In this document: positions 1 to 8,217 of the stretch, piece by piece
Numbering within the stretch: the stretch's first letter is position 1
How the letters are laid out: the number at the start of each line of letters is the position of its first letter
NCBI GenBank assembly: GCA_035708165.1
Contig: DASSSZ010000001.1
Location: 89,772 to 153,771, forward strand
Source of the DNA: Minisyncoccota bacterium
GTDB taxonomy: Bacteria > Patescibacteriota > Minisyncoccia > Phycocordibacterales > UBA2100
Direction: 5' to 3'
Length of the DNA: 64,000 nucleotides
Translations under genes and position numbers: made by a program
Notes under the pieces: generated by a model
Told to the model about the DNA's origin: nothing
Databases searched by the model: none
What the model saw: the letters and a program-made list of their open reading frames with translations, nothing else

Positions 1-1
1 G

Positions 2-289
2 ATCGGCATGCCCCTGCAGGTGGACTCCGTCTTCCTCTACTCGCTCGGCAAGAGCACCTTCGATCTCACGAAGCAGGACCTGCAGTCCGATTCGCCGTAT
101 AACACGTACGTCAATAAGGGCCTGCCTCCGACGCCCATAGACAACCCCTCGCTCTCGTCCATCAAGGCAGCGCTCGACCCTATCGACACGGGCGCCCTGT
201 TCTACCTCGCGGACAATAACGGCGTGACGCACTACAGCAAGACGTACGCGCAGCACCTCGAGTTCAAGGCTGAGTACCTCGGGCCGTAA
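2..289 (+). CDS. mltG: Endolytic murein transglycosylase MltG/YceG family, C-terminal fragment (5' end lies outside the window)
   Basis: Open frame from the window edge. C-terminal motifs NTYVNKGLPPTPIDNPSLSSIKAAL and FYLADNNGVTHYSKTYAQH are typical of YceG/MltG. Confidence 0.7.
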   Translation: MGMPLQVDSVFLYSLGKSTFDLTKQDLQSDSPYNTYVNKGLPPTPIDNPSLSSIKAALDPIDTGALFYLADNNGVTHYSKTYAQHLEFKAEYLGP

Positions 290-374
290 TGTGGTACTGT
301 ACGTATGGGTAGCACGGTCCGTTCGTAGCTCCCTCCACGTCACAACTTGGGTACGGCCGTGCTACCCACTATCC

Positions 375-407
375 GCGCGCTGCTTCGGGCAGCGCGCTTT
401 CATTTTG
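375..407 (+). terminator. Rho-independent terminator after mltG
   Basis: 9-bp GC stem GCGCGCTGC/GCAGCGCGC with loop TTCGG, followed by TTTCATTTTG. Confidence 0.6.
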
Positions 408-431
408 CCGCGGGTCGCGTAGAGTATGCGC

Positions 432-1472
432 ATGGCGAAGGGGGAGAAGGTATTCGTCGGGCTCTCCGGCGGCGTGGATTCGGCGCTTTCGGCCGCGCTT
501 CTCATCGAGCAGGGCTACGACGTCACGGGCGTGTTCATCAAGATCTGGCAGCCCGCGTTCACGCGCTGCACCTGGAAGGAAGACCGGCTTGCCGCCATGC
601 GCGTCGCGGTCGCGCTCGGGATCCCATTCGCGACGCTCGATCTCTCCGACGAGTACGAACGCGAAGTGATCGGCCGCATGCAGGCGGATTACCGGGCTGG
701 TCGCACGCCGAATCCCGACGCGCTGTGCAACCGCTTCATCAAGTTCGGCGCATTCCGGCGCTTCGCCGCGCTCCATGGCGCGGACCTCGTCGCGACCGGG
801 CACCATGCGCAGATCGAGAAGGGGAGCGGACGCCTCCTGCGCGGCGCCGACCCCGGGAAGGACCAGGCGTACTTCCTCTGGCAGCTCACGCGCGACGACC
901 TCCTGCACGCCCTGATGCCGATCGGCGGGATGACGAAGCAGGCAGTGAGGGAAGCGGCGCGCACGCGCGGCATCCCTGTCGCCGAGAGGCCGGACAGCCA
1001 GGGATTGTGCTTCGTCGGCGATATCGATATGCATGGGTTCCTCTCGGAGCTCCTCGCCCCTGCCCCCGGCATGGTGCTCGATGCCGCTGGCGCAATGATC
1101 GGCACGCATGACGGGGCAGCGCTCTACACGCTCGGAGCGCGGCATAAGTTCCGGATCACGGACCCGGACGCCGCGCCCGCGCCGCTCTATGTCATCGCGA
1201 CGGATGTTTCCGCCAATACGATCACTGTCGCGCCGAGCGCAACAGGAGCGATGCGCCGCGATGTCGCGCTGCTCGAGACGAACTGGTGCTCCGGGACAGC
1301 GCCGCAAGGCGGGCGCTATCTGGCGGAGGTGCGCTACCACCAAGAGCCGCAGGGCTGCACCCTCGAAGGCTCGCGCGTCATCTTCGATCTGCCGCAGCTC
1401 GCAGTGCCTGGGCAGTCGCTCGTGCTCTACGACGGCGCTGCATGCCTCGGCGGCGGCATCATCAGTGCATAG
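432..1472 (+). CDS. mnmA: tRNA-specific 2-thiouridylase MnmA
   Basis: The N-terminal PP-loop VFVGLSGGVDSALSAALL and the overall MnmA-like sequence. Start chosen at the ATG 6 nt after TAGAGT (leaderless pattern); an alternative ATG lies at 426. Confidence 0.85.
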   Translation: MAKGEKVFVGLSGGVDSALSAALLIEQGYDVTGVFIKIWQPAFTRCTWKEDRLAAMRVAVALGIPFATLDLSDEYEREVIGRMQADYRAGRTPNPDALCNRFIKFGAFRRFAALHGADLVATGHHAQIEKGSGRLLRGADPGKDQAYFLWQLTRDDLLHALMPIGGMTKQAVREAARTRGIPVAERPDSQGLCFVGDIDMHGFLSELLAPAPGMVLDAAGAMIGTHDGAALYTLGARHKFRITDPDAAPAPLYVIATDVSANTITVAPSATGAMRRDVALLETNWCSGTAPQGGRYLAEVRYHQEPQGCTLEGSRVIFDLPQLAVPGQSLVLYDGAACLGGGIISA

Positions 1473-1500
1473 CCGCATCGATGCGGTATCATACTCGCAT

Positions 1501-1872
1501 ATGCGCATGCGGATCCTGCAGGCCGTGCTCATCGTGATCGCGCTCGCGATCGTCGGCGGTGCGTCATTCGCGCTGAAAGGGAGCGGCGGCGCCGCGGTCA
1601 CGGTGAACGACTCGTACGAAGGCGGCATCCATCACGTACGCGGCACGGTACCCGTCCCTCCCTCATGCGCAGGAGTCGCCGTCTCGGCCACGGTCGTCGA
1701 CGGCACCGCGCATCTCGCATTCACGCCGGATTATGCTCCGGGCGCGAACGGCGCCTGCACGACCGTGACCGCGCCGCGCCCATACGAGACAAGCTTCAGC
1801 GGAGCACCCGCGCGCGCGTACGAGGCGACCGTCGAGGGACAGCCGGTCCCGGTGCGCATCATCAGCTCATGA
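1501..1872 (+). CDS. Small membrane-anchored hypothetical protein (N-terminal TM helix plus ~95-aa domain with 2 Cys), translationally coupled to the downstream nuclease gene
   Basis: Internal ATG of ORF 1108..1872 directly after the mnmA stop. It is preceded by the perfect palindrome CCGCATCGATGCGG and a TATCATACT -10-like box. The hydrophobic N-terminus is ILQAVLIVIALAIVGGASFAL. Its stop overlaps the next start (ATGA). Confidence 0.5.
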   Translation: MRMRILQAVLIVIALAIVGGASFALKGSGGAAVTVNDSYEGGIHHVRGTVPVPPSCAGVAVSATVVDGTAHLAFTPDYAPGANGACTTVTAPRPYETSFSGAPARAYEATVEGQPVPVRIISS

Positions 1873-2702
1873 GCAGGGAATTGCGGGTCATCAAGGCGGA
1901 CGGTGAGGAAGAGACCTTCGATCCGAGCAAGCTCGAAGCATCGCTCGCGCGGGCAGGCGCCTCGAGCGCAGCGCGCGCGCATATCATCGCGCACATGATG
2001 AAGGCGCTTGAACCTGCGCCGCTCACCACCTCTGAGATCTACCGGCGCGCGTTCGAGCTCCTGAAGAAACGCGAGGGCGCGCCGGTGGCCGCACGGTACT
2101 CCATCAAGCGCGCCATCTTCGATCTCGGGCCATCCGGCTACCCGTTCGAGCAGTTCTTCGCGGAAGTCATGCGCAGCCACGGCTGGCAGGCGCGCCATAG
2201 CGTGATCCTCACGGGCAGGTGCGTCACGCACGAGGTGGACGTTCTCGCGAAGAAGGGCGGCAAGCGCATCGGCATCGAAGCGAAGTTCCACAATACGCCC
2301 GGCATCAAGACCGATGTGAAGGATGCGCTCTATGTCCGCGCGCGGTACCAGGACCTCGCGGAAGCGACCGATCCCGACGATCACGTGGACCAAGGATGGC
2401 TCGTGACGAACACCCGCTTCACCGAAGATGCGATCCGCTACGGCGAGTGCGCCGGCCTCCCCATGATCTCGTGGGACTACCCGCGCCGCGGCAACCTCCT
2501 CGAGCTCATCGAGGAAGGGCAGGTGCACCCGCTGACGGCGCTCACCACGCTTTCGCCCTCGGAGAAGCAGCGGCTGCTCGACAGCCGCATCGTGCTGTGC
2601 CGCGCCGTGGGCGGCAGCAGCCAGCTGCTCCGCGAGCACGGCGTGAAGCCGCAGCGCATACCGGAAATCCAGGATGAAGCCCGCAAGCTCTGCGGGGCAT
2701 AA
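1869..2702 (+). CDS. ATP-cone domain fused to a restriction-endonuclease-like (Mrr-type PD-(D/E)XK) nuclease domain
   Basis: The N-terminal RVIKADGEEETFDPSKLEASLARAG matches the NrdR-type ATP-cone. The C-terminal HEVDVLA...RIGIEAKF gives a D...(D/E)xK motif of the Mrr_cat type. The ATGA overlap with the upstream ORF suggests an operon. Confidence 0.65.
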   Translation: MSRELRVIKADGEEETFDPSKLEASLARAGASSAARAHIIAHMMKALEPAPLTTSEIYRRAFELLKKREGAPVAARYSIKRAIFDLGPSGYPFEQFFAEVMRSHGWQARHSVILTGRCVTHEVDVLAKKGGKRIGIEAKFHNTPGIKTDVKDALYVRARYQDLAEATDPDDHVDQGWLVTNTRFTEDAIRYGECAGLPMISWDYPRRGNLLELIEEGQVHPLTALTTLSPSEKQRLLDSRIVLCRAVGGSSQLLREHGVKPQRIPEIQDEARKLCGA

Positions 2703-2757
2703 GGGCGGCTGGCGAGGCGTTTGACACCCCTCGCTCGGTGCGTCATCATACCTGCAT

Positions 2758-3357
2758 ATGAACGCACCATTCTGGAAGTCACCTATCCTGTGGGGAATTA
2801 TCGGTTTCATTATCGGGATCCTGATCGGCATGGCTATCGGATGGCGCTGGGCGGATAGCGTCATGAGCGCTGCCGGCACGACCGGCAGCAATACGCAGGC
2901 GACGAGCACGTCCGGGAGCAGCACCGGCACCTCCGGCATGACCGAGGGCACGGGCACGCAATCCACGAGTACGCCCGGCACGCAGGCGTCAAGCAGCACC
3001 GCGGAGGGCGGCGCAGCGCATATCTCAGTGAATGATCAGCCGGCCGGCATGGCCGCCACCGTCTCGTCCGTCACGCTCCCGGCCGCCGGCTGGGTCGCCG
3101 TGCATGAGCTCGGCGAGGACGGCGTGCTTGGCAACGTGCTCGGCGCCGCATGGCTGCCGGCTGGCACCCACGCGGACGCGATCGTTACCCTGCTGCGCGC
3201 GACCAAGCCTGATCAGCAGTACGCGATCGTCCTCTACACCGATAACGGCAACAAGCAGTTCGATCTTCACGCTGACACGCCGATCGCCGGCTCGAACGGC
3301 CAGCCGGTCACGGCGACCTTCACCGCGACCACGCCGGTCGCCCCTGCGGGCCAGTAG
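2758..3357 (+). CDS. Membrane-anchored hypothetical protein with S/T/G-rich linker and C-terminal beta-rich domain
   Basis: N-terminal TM helix ILWGIIGFIIGILIGMAIGW. Low-complexity TSGSSTGTSG linker. Canonical TTGACA -35 box upstream (2733-2738). Confidence 0.5.
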   Translation: MNAPFWKSPILWGIIGFIIGILIGMAIGWRWADSVMSAAGTTGSNTQATSTSGSSTGTSGMTEGTGTQSTSTPGTQASSSTAEGGAAHISVNDQPAGMAATVSSVTLPAAGWVAVHELGEDGVLGNVLGAAWLPAGTHADAIVTLLRATKPDQQYAIVLYTDNGNKQFDLHADTPIAGSNGQPVTATFTATTPVAPAGQ

Positions 3358-3365
3358 CCCTCGCT

Positions 3366-3872
3366 ATGGATGCGCTCAGCCATCTCGCTGATCCGAACCT
3401 GATCATCTTCGGGAAGCTCGCTCTTGCGGCGCTCCTCGGCATGATCATCGGCACTGAGCGCACCACGGCAGGCAAGGGGGCAGGGACGCGCACGTTCTCC
3501 CTGGTGAGCCTCGGCTCCTGCCTCTTCATGACGATCAGCTACACGATCGACAACCAGTTTCTCGGCTACGTGAACTTCGATCCGATGCGGGTCGCTGCAG
3601 GCATCATTACCGGCATCGGCTTCCTCGGCGCAGGCCTTATCGTCTTCCAGGAGCACCGTCTCCAGGGGCTCACGACGGCAGCCGGCCTCTGGGTCGTCGC
3701 CGGCCTCGGCATGGCCGTCGGAAGCGGGATGTACCTCGTCGCGATCTTCGCGACCGCGCTCATCGTGATCGTCTTCACGGCGGTCTGGTTCCTCGAGAAC
3801 CGCATCAAGCAGTGGCTGAATTACCACGAACAGCCCTCGCTCGACCCGCGAATCCCGGGCGAGGAGATCTAG
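3366..3872 (+). CDS. MgtC/SapB family membrane protein
   Basis: Multi-TM protein with the MgtC-like motifs GIITGIGFLGAGLIVF and TTAAGLWVVAGLGMAVG. It starts 9 nt after the preceding gene. Confidence 0.7.
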   Translation: MDALSHLADPNLIIFGKLALAALLGMIIGTERTTAGKGAGTRTFSLVSLGSCLFMTISYTIDNQFLGYVNFDPMRVAAGIITGIGFLGAGLIVFQEHRLQGLTTAAGLWVVAGLGMAVGSGMYLVAIFATALIVIVFTAVWFLENRIKQWLNYHEQPSLDPRIPGEEI

Positions 3873-3918
3873 CAGACGGCCCCTCGCGGGGCCGTCTGCA
3901 TCTCTGTATACTGAAGCC

Positions 3919-4695
3919 ATGTCCTCGTTCTATACGCCGGACCGCGATCCCCGATGGAACTATGGCGGAGCAAAATGGAGGCTCTCCCGCTCGAAGATCG
4001 AGCTTTTCCTCGAATGCCCGCGCTGCTTCTGGCTTGATAACAAGCTCGGCACGGCACGCCCGAGGGGCCCGGGATTCACGCTCAACATCGCGGTCGACGC
4101 GCTTCTCAAGAAGGAGTTCGATGCGTACCGCGCGAAGGGGACCGCACATCCCCTGATGGCGCGCTACGGCATCGCTGCCGTGCCCTTCCGGCATGCGGAC
4201 CTGGATCGCTGGCGCGAAAATTTCGAAGGGATCGAGTACCGGCATCCGGCGAGCGGCCTCCTGGCCTGCGGCGCTGTCGATGATGTATGGATCGATCCGG
4301 CAGGCGAACTCATCGTGGTCGATTACAAGGCGACATCAAAGGACGGTGACATCAAGGCCCTGGAGGACTCGCCCTGGGCAGCCCAGTATCGCCGGCAGCT
4401 CGGCGTCTACCAATGGCTCTTGCAGCAGAACGGATTCACCGTCTCGAAGCGAGGGTACTTCGTGTACGCGAACGCACGCTCGGACAAGGAGGCGTTCGAC
4501 AGCAGGCTCGAATTCGATGTGACGATCGTGCCGTGCGACGGCGACACGACATGGATGGAAGCCACGCTCGTCGCCATCAGGCAGACGCTCGATTCCGATA
4601 TCATTCCGGCTGCCGGGACGAGCTGCGATTTCTGCCAATACCGGGACGCCGCTGGCAGGAAGCTCCGCTCATACGCCATGAAGGCACATGCATGA
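3919..4695 (+). CDS. PD-(D/E)XK nuclease family protein (Cas4/RecB-like, probable 4Fe-4S cluster)
   Basis: N-terminal CPRCFW Cys, C-terminal Cys triad (C...SCDFC) and a VVDYK core motif. The TATACT -10 box is 6 nt upstream of the ATG. Confidence 0.6.
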   Translation: MSSFYTPDRDPRWNYGGAKWRLSRSKIELFLECPRCFWLDNKLGTARPRGPGFTLNIAVDALLKKEFDAYRAKGTAHPLMARYGIAAVPFRHADLDRWRENFEGIEYRHPASGLLACGAVDDVWIDPAGELIVVDYKATSKDGDIKALEDSPWAAQYRRQLGVYQWLLQQNGFTVSKRGYFVYANARSDKEAFDSRLEFDVTIVPCDGDTTWMEATLVAIRQTLDSDIIPAAGTSCDFCQYRDAAGRKLRSYAMKAHA

Positions 4696-4975
4696 TATGA
4701 AAAGCGACTTCGCAGAACGCGTGCGCGCCGTAGTGCGGGCGATCCCGCAGGGCGAGACCATGACATACGGGCAGGTAGCGGCAGCGGCCGGGCATCCGGG
4801 CGCTGCGCGCGCCGTAGGCTCGATCATGAGACGCAATTACGATCCGAGCGTCCCGTGCCATCGCGTCATCCGCGCCAACGGGACGCTCGGCGAGTATAAC
4901 CGCGGCGGCCCGGAGGAGAAGCGCCGGAAGCTCATAGCGGAAGGCGTGCCCTTCGAGAGTGGGGATAACTCGTGA
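4688..4975 (+). CDS. Minimal MGMT-family protein (methylated-DNA-protein-cysteine methyltransferase DNA-binding domain with PCHRV active site)
   Basis: TYGQVAAAAG...PCHRVIRANG is the Ogt C-domain signature. It overlaps the upstream nuclease gene by 8 nt. Confidence 0.7.
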   Translation: MHDMKSDFAERVRAVVRAIPQGETMTYGQVAAAAGHPGAARAVGSIMRRNYDPSVPCHRVIRANGTLGEYNRGGPEEKRRKLIAEGVPFESGDNS

Positions 4976-5028
4976 CAAACACCCGTTCCCGTGGTATAGT
5001 CTTTGCAGGAGGATCCAGGAGGACGGCT

Positions 5029-5337
5029 ATGACCTGCAGTGGCTCGTTCAGGGGGGACGTGATCCCGCTCAACCGCCATCCCTACATGTTGAGCCGTGCA
5101 GCGCACGGCTTCCCGATGCGAGATATCGCGCGCAAGAGCTCGTTGGGCTTCTTCGAGAGCCTGATCGACGCCTCGTCCGGCGATGATCTCTTGATGCTGC
5201 TCCTGCTCATGCAGGATCGCGCCCGCTCGCTGCGGCATCCGACCTTCGGGAGCGACGCGTCGCTTCTCGAGCAGGATGACCGCGACATGCTCGCGCTTCG
5301 CATCGCCGATCGGCAGCAGAGGCTGCACGAGGAGTAA
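5029..5337 (+). CDS. Hypothetical protein (102 aa)
   Basis: Internal ATG of ORF 4972..5337. It is preceded by an extended -10 TGGTATAGT and two GGAGG SD motifs. No recognisable domain. Confidence 0.4.
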   Translation: MTCSGSFRGDVIPLNRHPYMLSRAAHGFPMRDIARKSSLGFFESLIDASSGDDLLMLLLLMQDRARSLRHPTFGSDASLLEQDDRDMLALRIADRQQRLHEE

Positions 5338-5374
5338 TCCTCGTGCAGCCTCCCTTTTTGCTATACTGGAGGCA

Positions 5375-6052
5375 ATGGCAGGCGCGGCGGTGCGGATCGA
5401 GCCCTCATGGAAGGAAGCGCTCGCGGGAGAATTCGACCAGGGCTACTTCCGCGCACTCACCCAATTCGTACGGGAGGAGTACCAGCATGCGATCATCTAT
5501 CCTCCGCCTCGCGACATCTTCCGTGCCTTCGAGCTCGCGCCATTCGATGCGGTCAAGGTCGTGATCCTCGGGCAGGATCCGTATCACGGGCCCGGGCAGG
5601 CGAACGGGCTATGCTTCGCCGTAGGCGCGGACGCGGCGCTGCCGCCATCGCTCCAGAACATCTTCAAGGAGATCGAGTCCGATCTCGGGAAGCCGCTGCT
5701 CCATCGGACGGGCGATCTTGCGCGCTGGGCCGCGCAGGGCGTGCTCCTGCTCAACGCGACGCTGACCGTCCGCGCAAGGAGCGCCGGTTCGCACCAGGGG
5801 AAAGGCTGGGAGGAATTCACCGATGCTGCCATCAAGGCGCTCTCCGAGCGGCGCGCGCACCTGGTCTTCATCCTCTGGGGGAACTACGCGAAGAAGAAAG
5901 GCGCGCACATCGACCGCAACAAGCATCTCGTCATCGAGTCGGCGCACCCGTCGCCCTTCGCCGCACGCTACGGCTTCTTCGGCAGCAAGCCGTTCAGCAG
6001 GGCAAACGCATACCTCGAAGCCCACGGGGAGCAGGCGATCGATTGGCTCTAG
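5375..6052 (+). CDS. ung: Uracil-DNA glycosylase (family 1)
   Basis: The motifs VVILGQDPYHG, GLCFAV and LLLNATLTV, plus HPSPFAA, are Ung signatures. TATACT lies 7 nt upstream of the ATG. Confidence 0.85.
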   Translation: MAGAAVRIEPSWKEALAGEFDQGYFRALTQFVREEYQHAIIYPPPRDIFRAFELAPFDAVKVVILGQDPYHGPGQANGLCFAVGADAALPPSLQNIFKEIESDLGKPLLHRTGDLARWAAQGVLLLNATLTVRARSAGSHQGKGWEEFTDAAIKALSERRAHLVFILWGNYAKKKGAHIDRNKHLVIESAHPSPFAARYGFFGSKPFSRANAYLEAHGEQAIDWL

Positions 6053-6086
6053 GCGCGCATCACCTCAGACGTGCTACAGTACGCGG

Positions 6087-7895
6087 ATGAAGAAGACGGA
6101 CAGCAAGGCCAGGAAGGGGAGTGCGCACGGTTTCAGGACCGCATGGGACTTATCGCTTTTCTACGCGCATCCGAGCGATCCCATGATCGAGAAGGACGCG
6201 AAGCGCATCGAGCGCGCGTACGAGGCGTTCGAGAAGAAGTACCGCGGCACGAAGGAGTACCTCAAGGGCGGCGCGGCGCTGCGTGCGGCGCTCAAGGATT
6301 ACGAGAAGCTCTACGTGACGCTGGACGGCGGCAAGCCCGCGCTCTACTTCGCGTACCGCAAGGAGCTCGATGGCGCCGATAGCGCATCCGAGGCGCGCAT
6401 GCGCCAGCTCGACGACCGCTTCACCAAGGCCGGCAACCGCGTGCAGTTCTTCGAGCTCTCGCTCGGGAAGATCCCCGTAGCCCGCAAAAAAGCGATCCTC
6501 GCCGATCCCGCGCTCGCGCGCTACCGGCGCGAGCTCGCGCACATCTTCGAGACAGCCGCGCATGATCTCAGCGAGCCCGAGGAGAAGATCATGTCGCTCA
6601 AGGCTGCCACGGCGCGCGGCATGTGGGTCTCCGGCGTGGATACGGCCGTCAACAAGCAGATGGTGAAGCGCGGCAAGAAAGAGATCCCTGTCAACGAAGC
6701 CATCAATCTCATCCCGTCCATCCCGAACCAGAAGGAGCGCCATGCGCTCTGGGACAGCACCATGGACGCGCTCGATCGCGTGAGCGACTTCGCGGAAAGC
6801 GAGCTCAATGCGGTCCTGACCGATAAGAAGATCAATGACGAGCTGCGCGGCTACAAGGAGCCGTACGAGGCGACCGTGCTCGCATACGAGAACGATCCGG
6901 CCGTCGTGCGATCGCTCATCGAGACAGTGACTGGCGCATTCCCGATCAGTCAGCGGTTCTACGCGCTGAAGAAGAAGCTCGCGAAGCTTCCGGAGATGCG
7001 TTACGCCGATCGCGGCATCTCGATCGGCAAGGTCGCGAAGAAATTCTCGTTCGAGGACTCGGTCGCGATCGTGCGCGATGCGTATGCCTCGATGAACCCG
7101 GAGTATGCCGCGATCCTCGATTCCTACCTCGCGCGCGGTCAGATCGACGTCTACCCCAGGCAGGGAAAGAGCGGCGGTGCCTACTGCTCGAGCGCATTCG
7201 GCAATCCCACGCTCGTCCTGCTCAACCACGTGGACGAGCCGCGCTCGCTCATGACGATCGCGCACGAGATGGGGCATGCGATCCACGCCGAGCGCGCCAA
7301 GAGCCAGCCGCCGCTCTACCAGGGACACTCGATCTCCGTCGCCGAGACGGCGAGCACGTTCTTCGAAGGCGTCGTCTTCGAGCGGCTGCTCGAGGGCCTT
7401 TCGCCGAAGGAGCGCATGATCATGCTCCACGACCGGCTGCAGGACGAGATCGCGACGATCCAGCGGCAGATCGCGTTCTTCAATTTCGAGCTCGCGCTGC
7501 ATACGCGCGTTCGCACGGAAGGCTGGGTCCCGAAGGCGGAGATCATGCGCATGCTGAACGAGGAGTGCGCGCGCTATCTCGGGAAGGCAGTCAAGATGCA
7601 GGAGCGCGACGGGCTCTTCTTCGTCGCCGTCAGCCACTTCCGCAACCCGTTCTACGTCTACTCGTACGCGTACGGCCAGCTCATCAGCAAGGCCCTCCTC
7701 GCGCGCGTGAAGGAAGACCCTGCGTATATCATGAAGGTGGACGAATTCCTCCGCGCGGGCGACTCGAAGAAGCCTGAGCAGATCTTCAAGGACATCGGCA
7801 TCGAGGTCGGGCCTGCGCTCTTCGCCGATGGGCTCGCGGCGATGGAGCGCGATATCGCTGAGCTCGAGCGACTTGCGAAGGCCGTGAATCGATAG
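6087..7895 (+). CDS. pepF: Oligoendopeptidase F (M3 family)
   Basis: The HEMGH zinc motif and overall M3B similarity. Start chosen at MKKTDSK, 6 nt after TGCTACAGT. Confidence 0.75.
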   Translation: MKKTDSKARKGSAHGFRTAWDLSLFYAHPSDPMIEKDAKRIERAYEAFEKKYRGTKEYLKGGAALRAALKDYEKLYVTLDGGKPALYFAYRKELDGADSASEARMRQLDDRFTKAGNRVQFFELSLGKIPVARKKAILADPALARYRRELAHIFETAAHDLSEPEEKIMSLKAATARGMWVSGVDTAVNKQMVKRGKKEIPVNEAINLIPSIPNQKERHALWDSTMDALDRVSDFAESELNAVLTDKKINDELRGYKEPYEATVLAYENDPAVVRSLIETVTGAFPISQRFYALKKKLAKLPEMRYADRGISIGKVAKKFSFEDSVAIVRDAYASMNPEYAAILDSYLARGQIDVYPRQGKSGGAYCSSAFGNPTLVLLNHVDEPRSLMTIAHEMGHAIHAERAKSQPPLYQGHSISVAETASTFFEGVVFERLLEGLSPKERMIMLHDRLQDEIATIQRQIAFFNFELALHTRVRTEGWVPKAEIMRMLNEECARYLGKAVKMQERDGLFFVAVSHFRNPFYVYSYAYGQLISKALLARVKEDPAYIMKVDEFLRAGDSKKPEQIFKDIGIEVGPALFADGLAAMERDIAELERLAKAVNR

Positions 7896-7932
7896 CATAG
7901 TGGAGCGAGCGGCAGGGGGAAAGGACAGGCAG

Positions 7933-8139
7933 ATGCATCGTGCATACAGGGCTATCAGCAACCATGCCGTATCGCTCATCGCGGGCGTGCTCTACGGGAT
8001 CGTCGGGTACGCCGCGACAGCGCTGCTGCTCCCGCACGCCACGCTTCTCGGAGCGATGGCCGGCATCATCATCGGCATCCTCCTGGGAGCGCCATTCGAC
8101 CTCTCCGGGAGGATCAGCCGGTCAGAGCGGGACCGCTAG
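7933..8139 (+). CDS. Small 2-TM membrane protein, hypothetical
   Basis: ATG preceded by a GGGGGAAAGGA SD-like element. Two hydrophobic helices. A terminator follows. Confidence 0.35.
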   Translation: MHRAYRAISNHAVSLIAGVLYGIVGYAATALLLPHATLLGAMAGIIIGILLGAPFDLSGRISRSERDR

Positions 8140-8153
8140 CCACGCACCACGAA

Positions 8154-8188
8154 GGCCGGAGCGAGCACTCGCCCCGGCCCTCTTTTTA
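8154..8188 (+). terminator. Rho-independent terminator
   Basis: Hairpin GGCCGGAGCGAG-CA-CTCGCCCCGGCC followed by CTCTTTTTAT. Confidence 0.55.
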
Positions 8189-8217
8189 TGAGAGCGGGCC
8201 ATGCTATACTCGCCACC

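Noticed and set aside
369-1628. 419-aa minus-strand ORF
   Set aside because: It is antisense to mnmA. Shadow ORF.
6150-7979. 609-aa minus-strand ORF
   Set aside because: It is antisense to pepF, which carries the HEMGH M3 motif. Shadow ORF.
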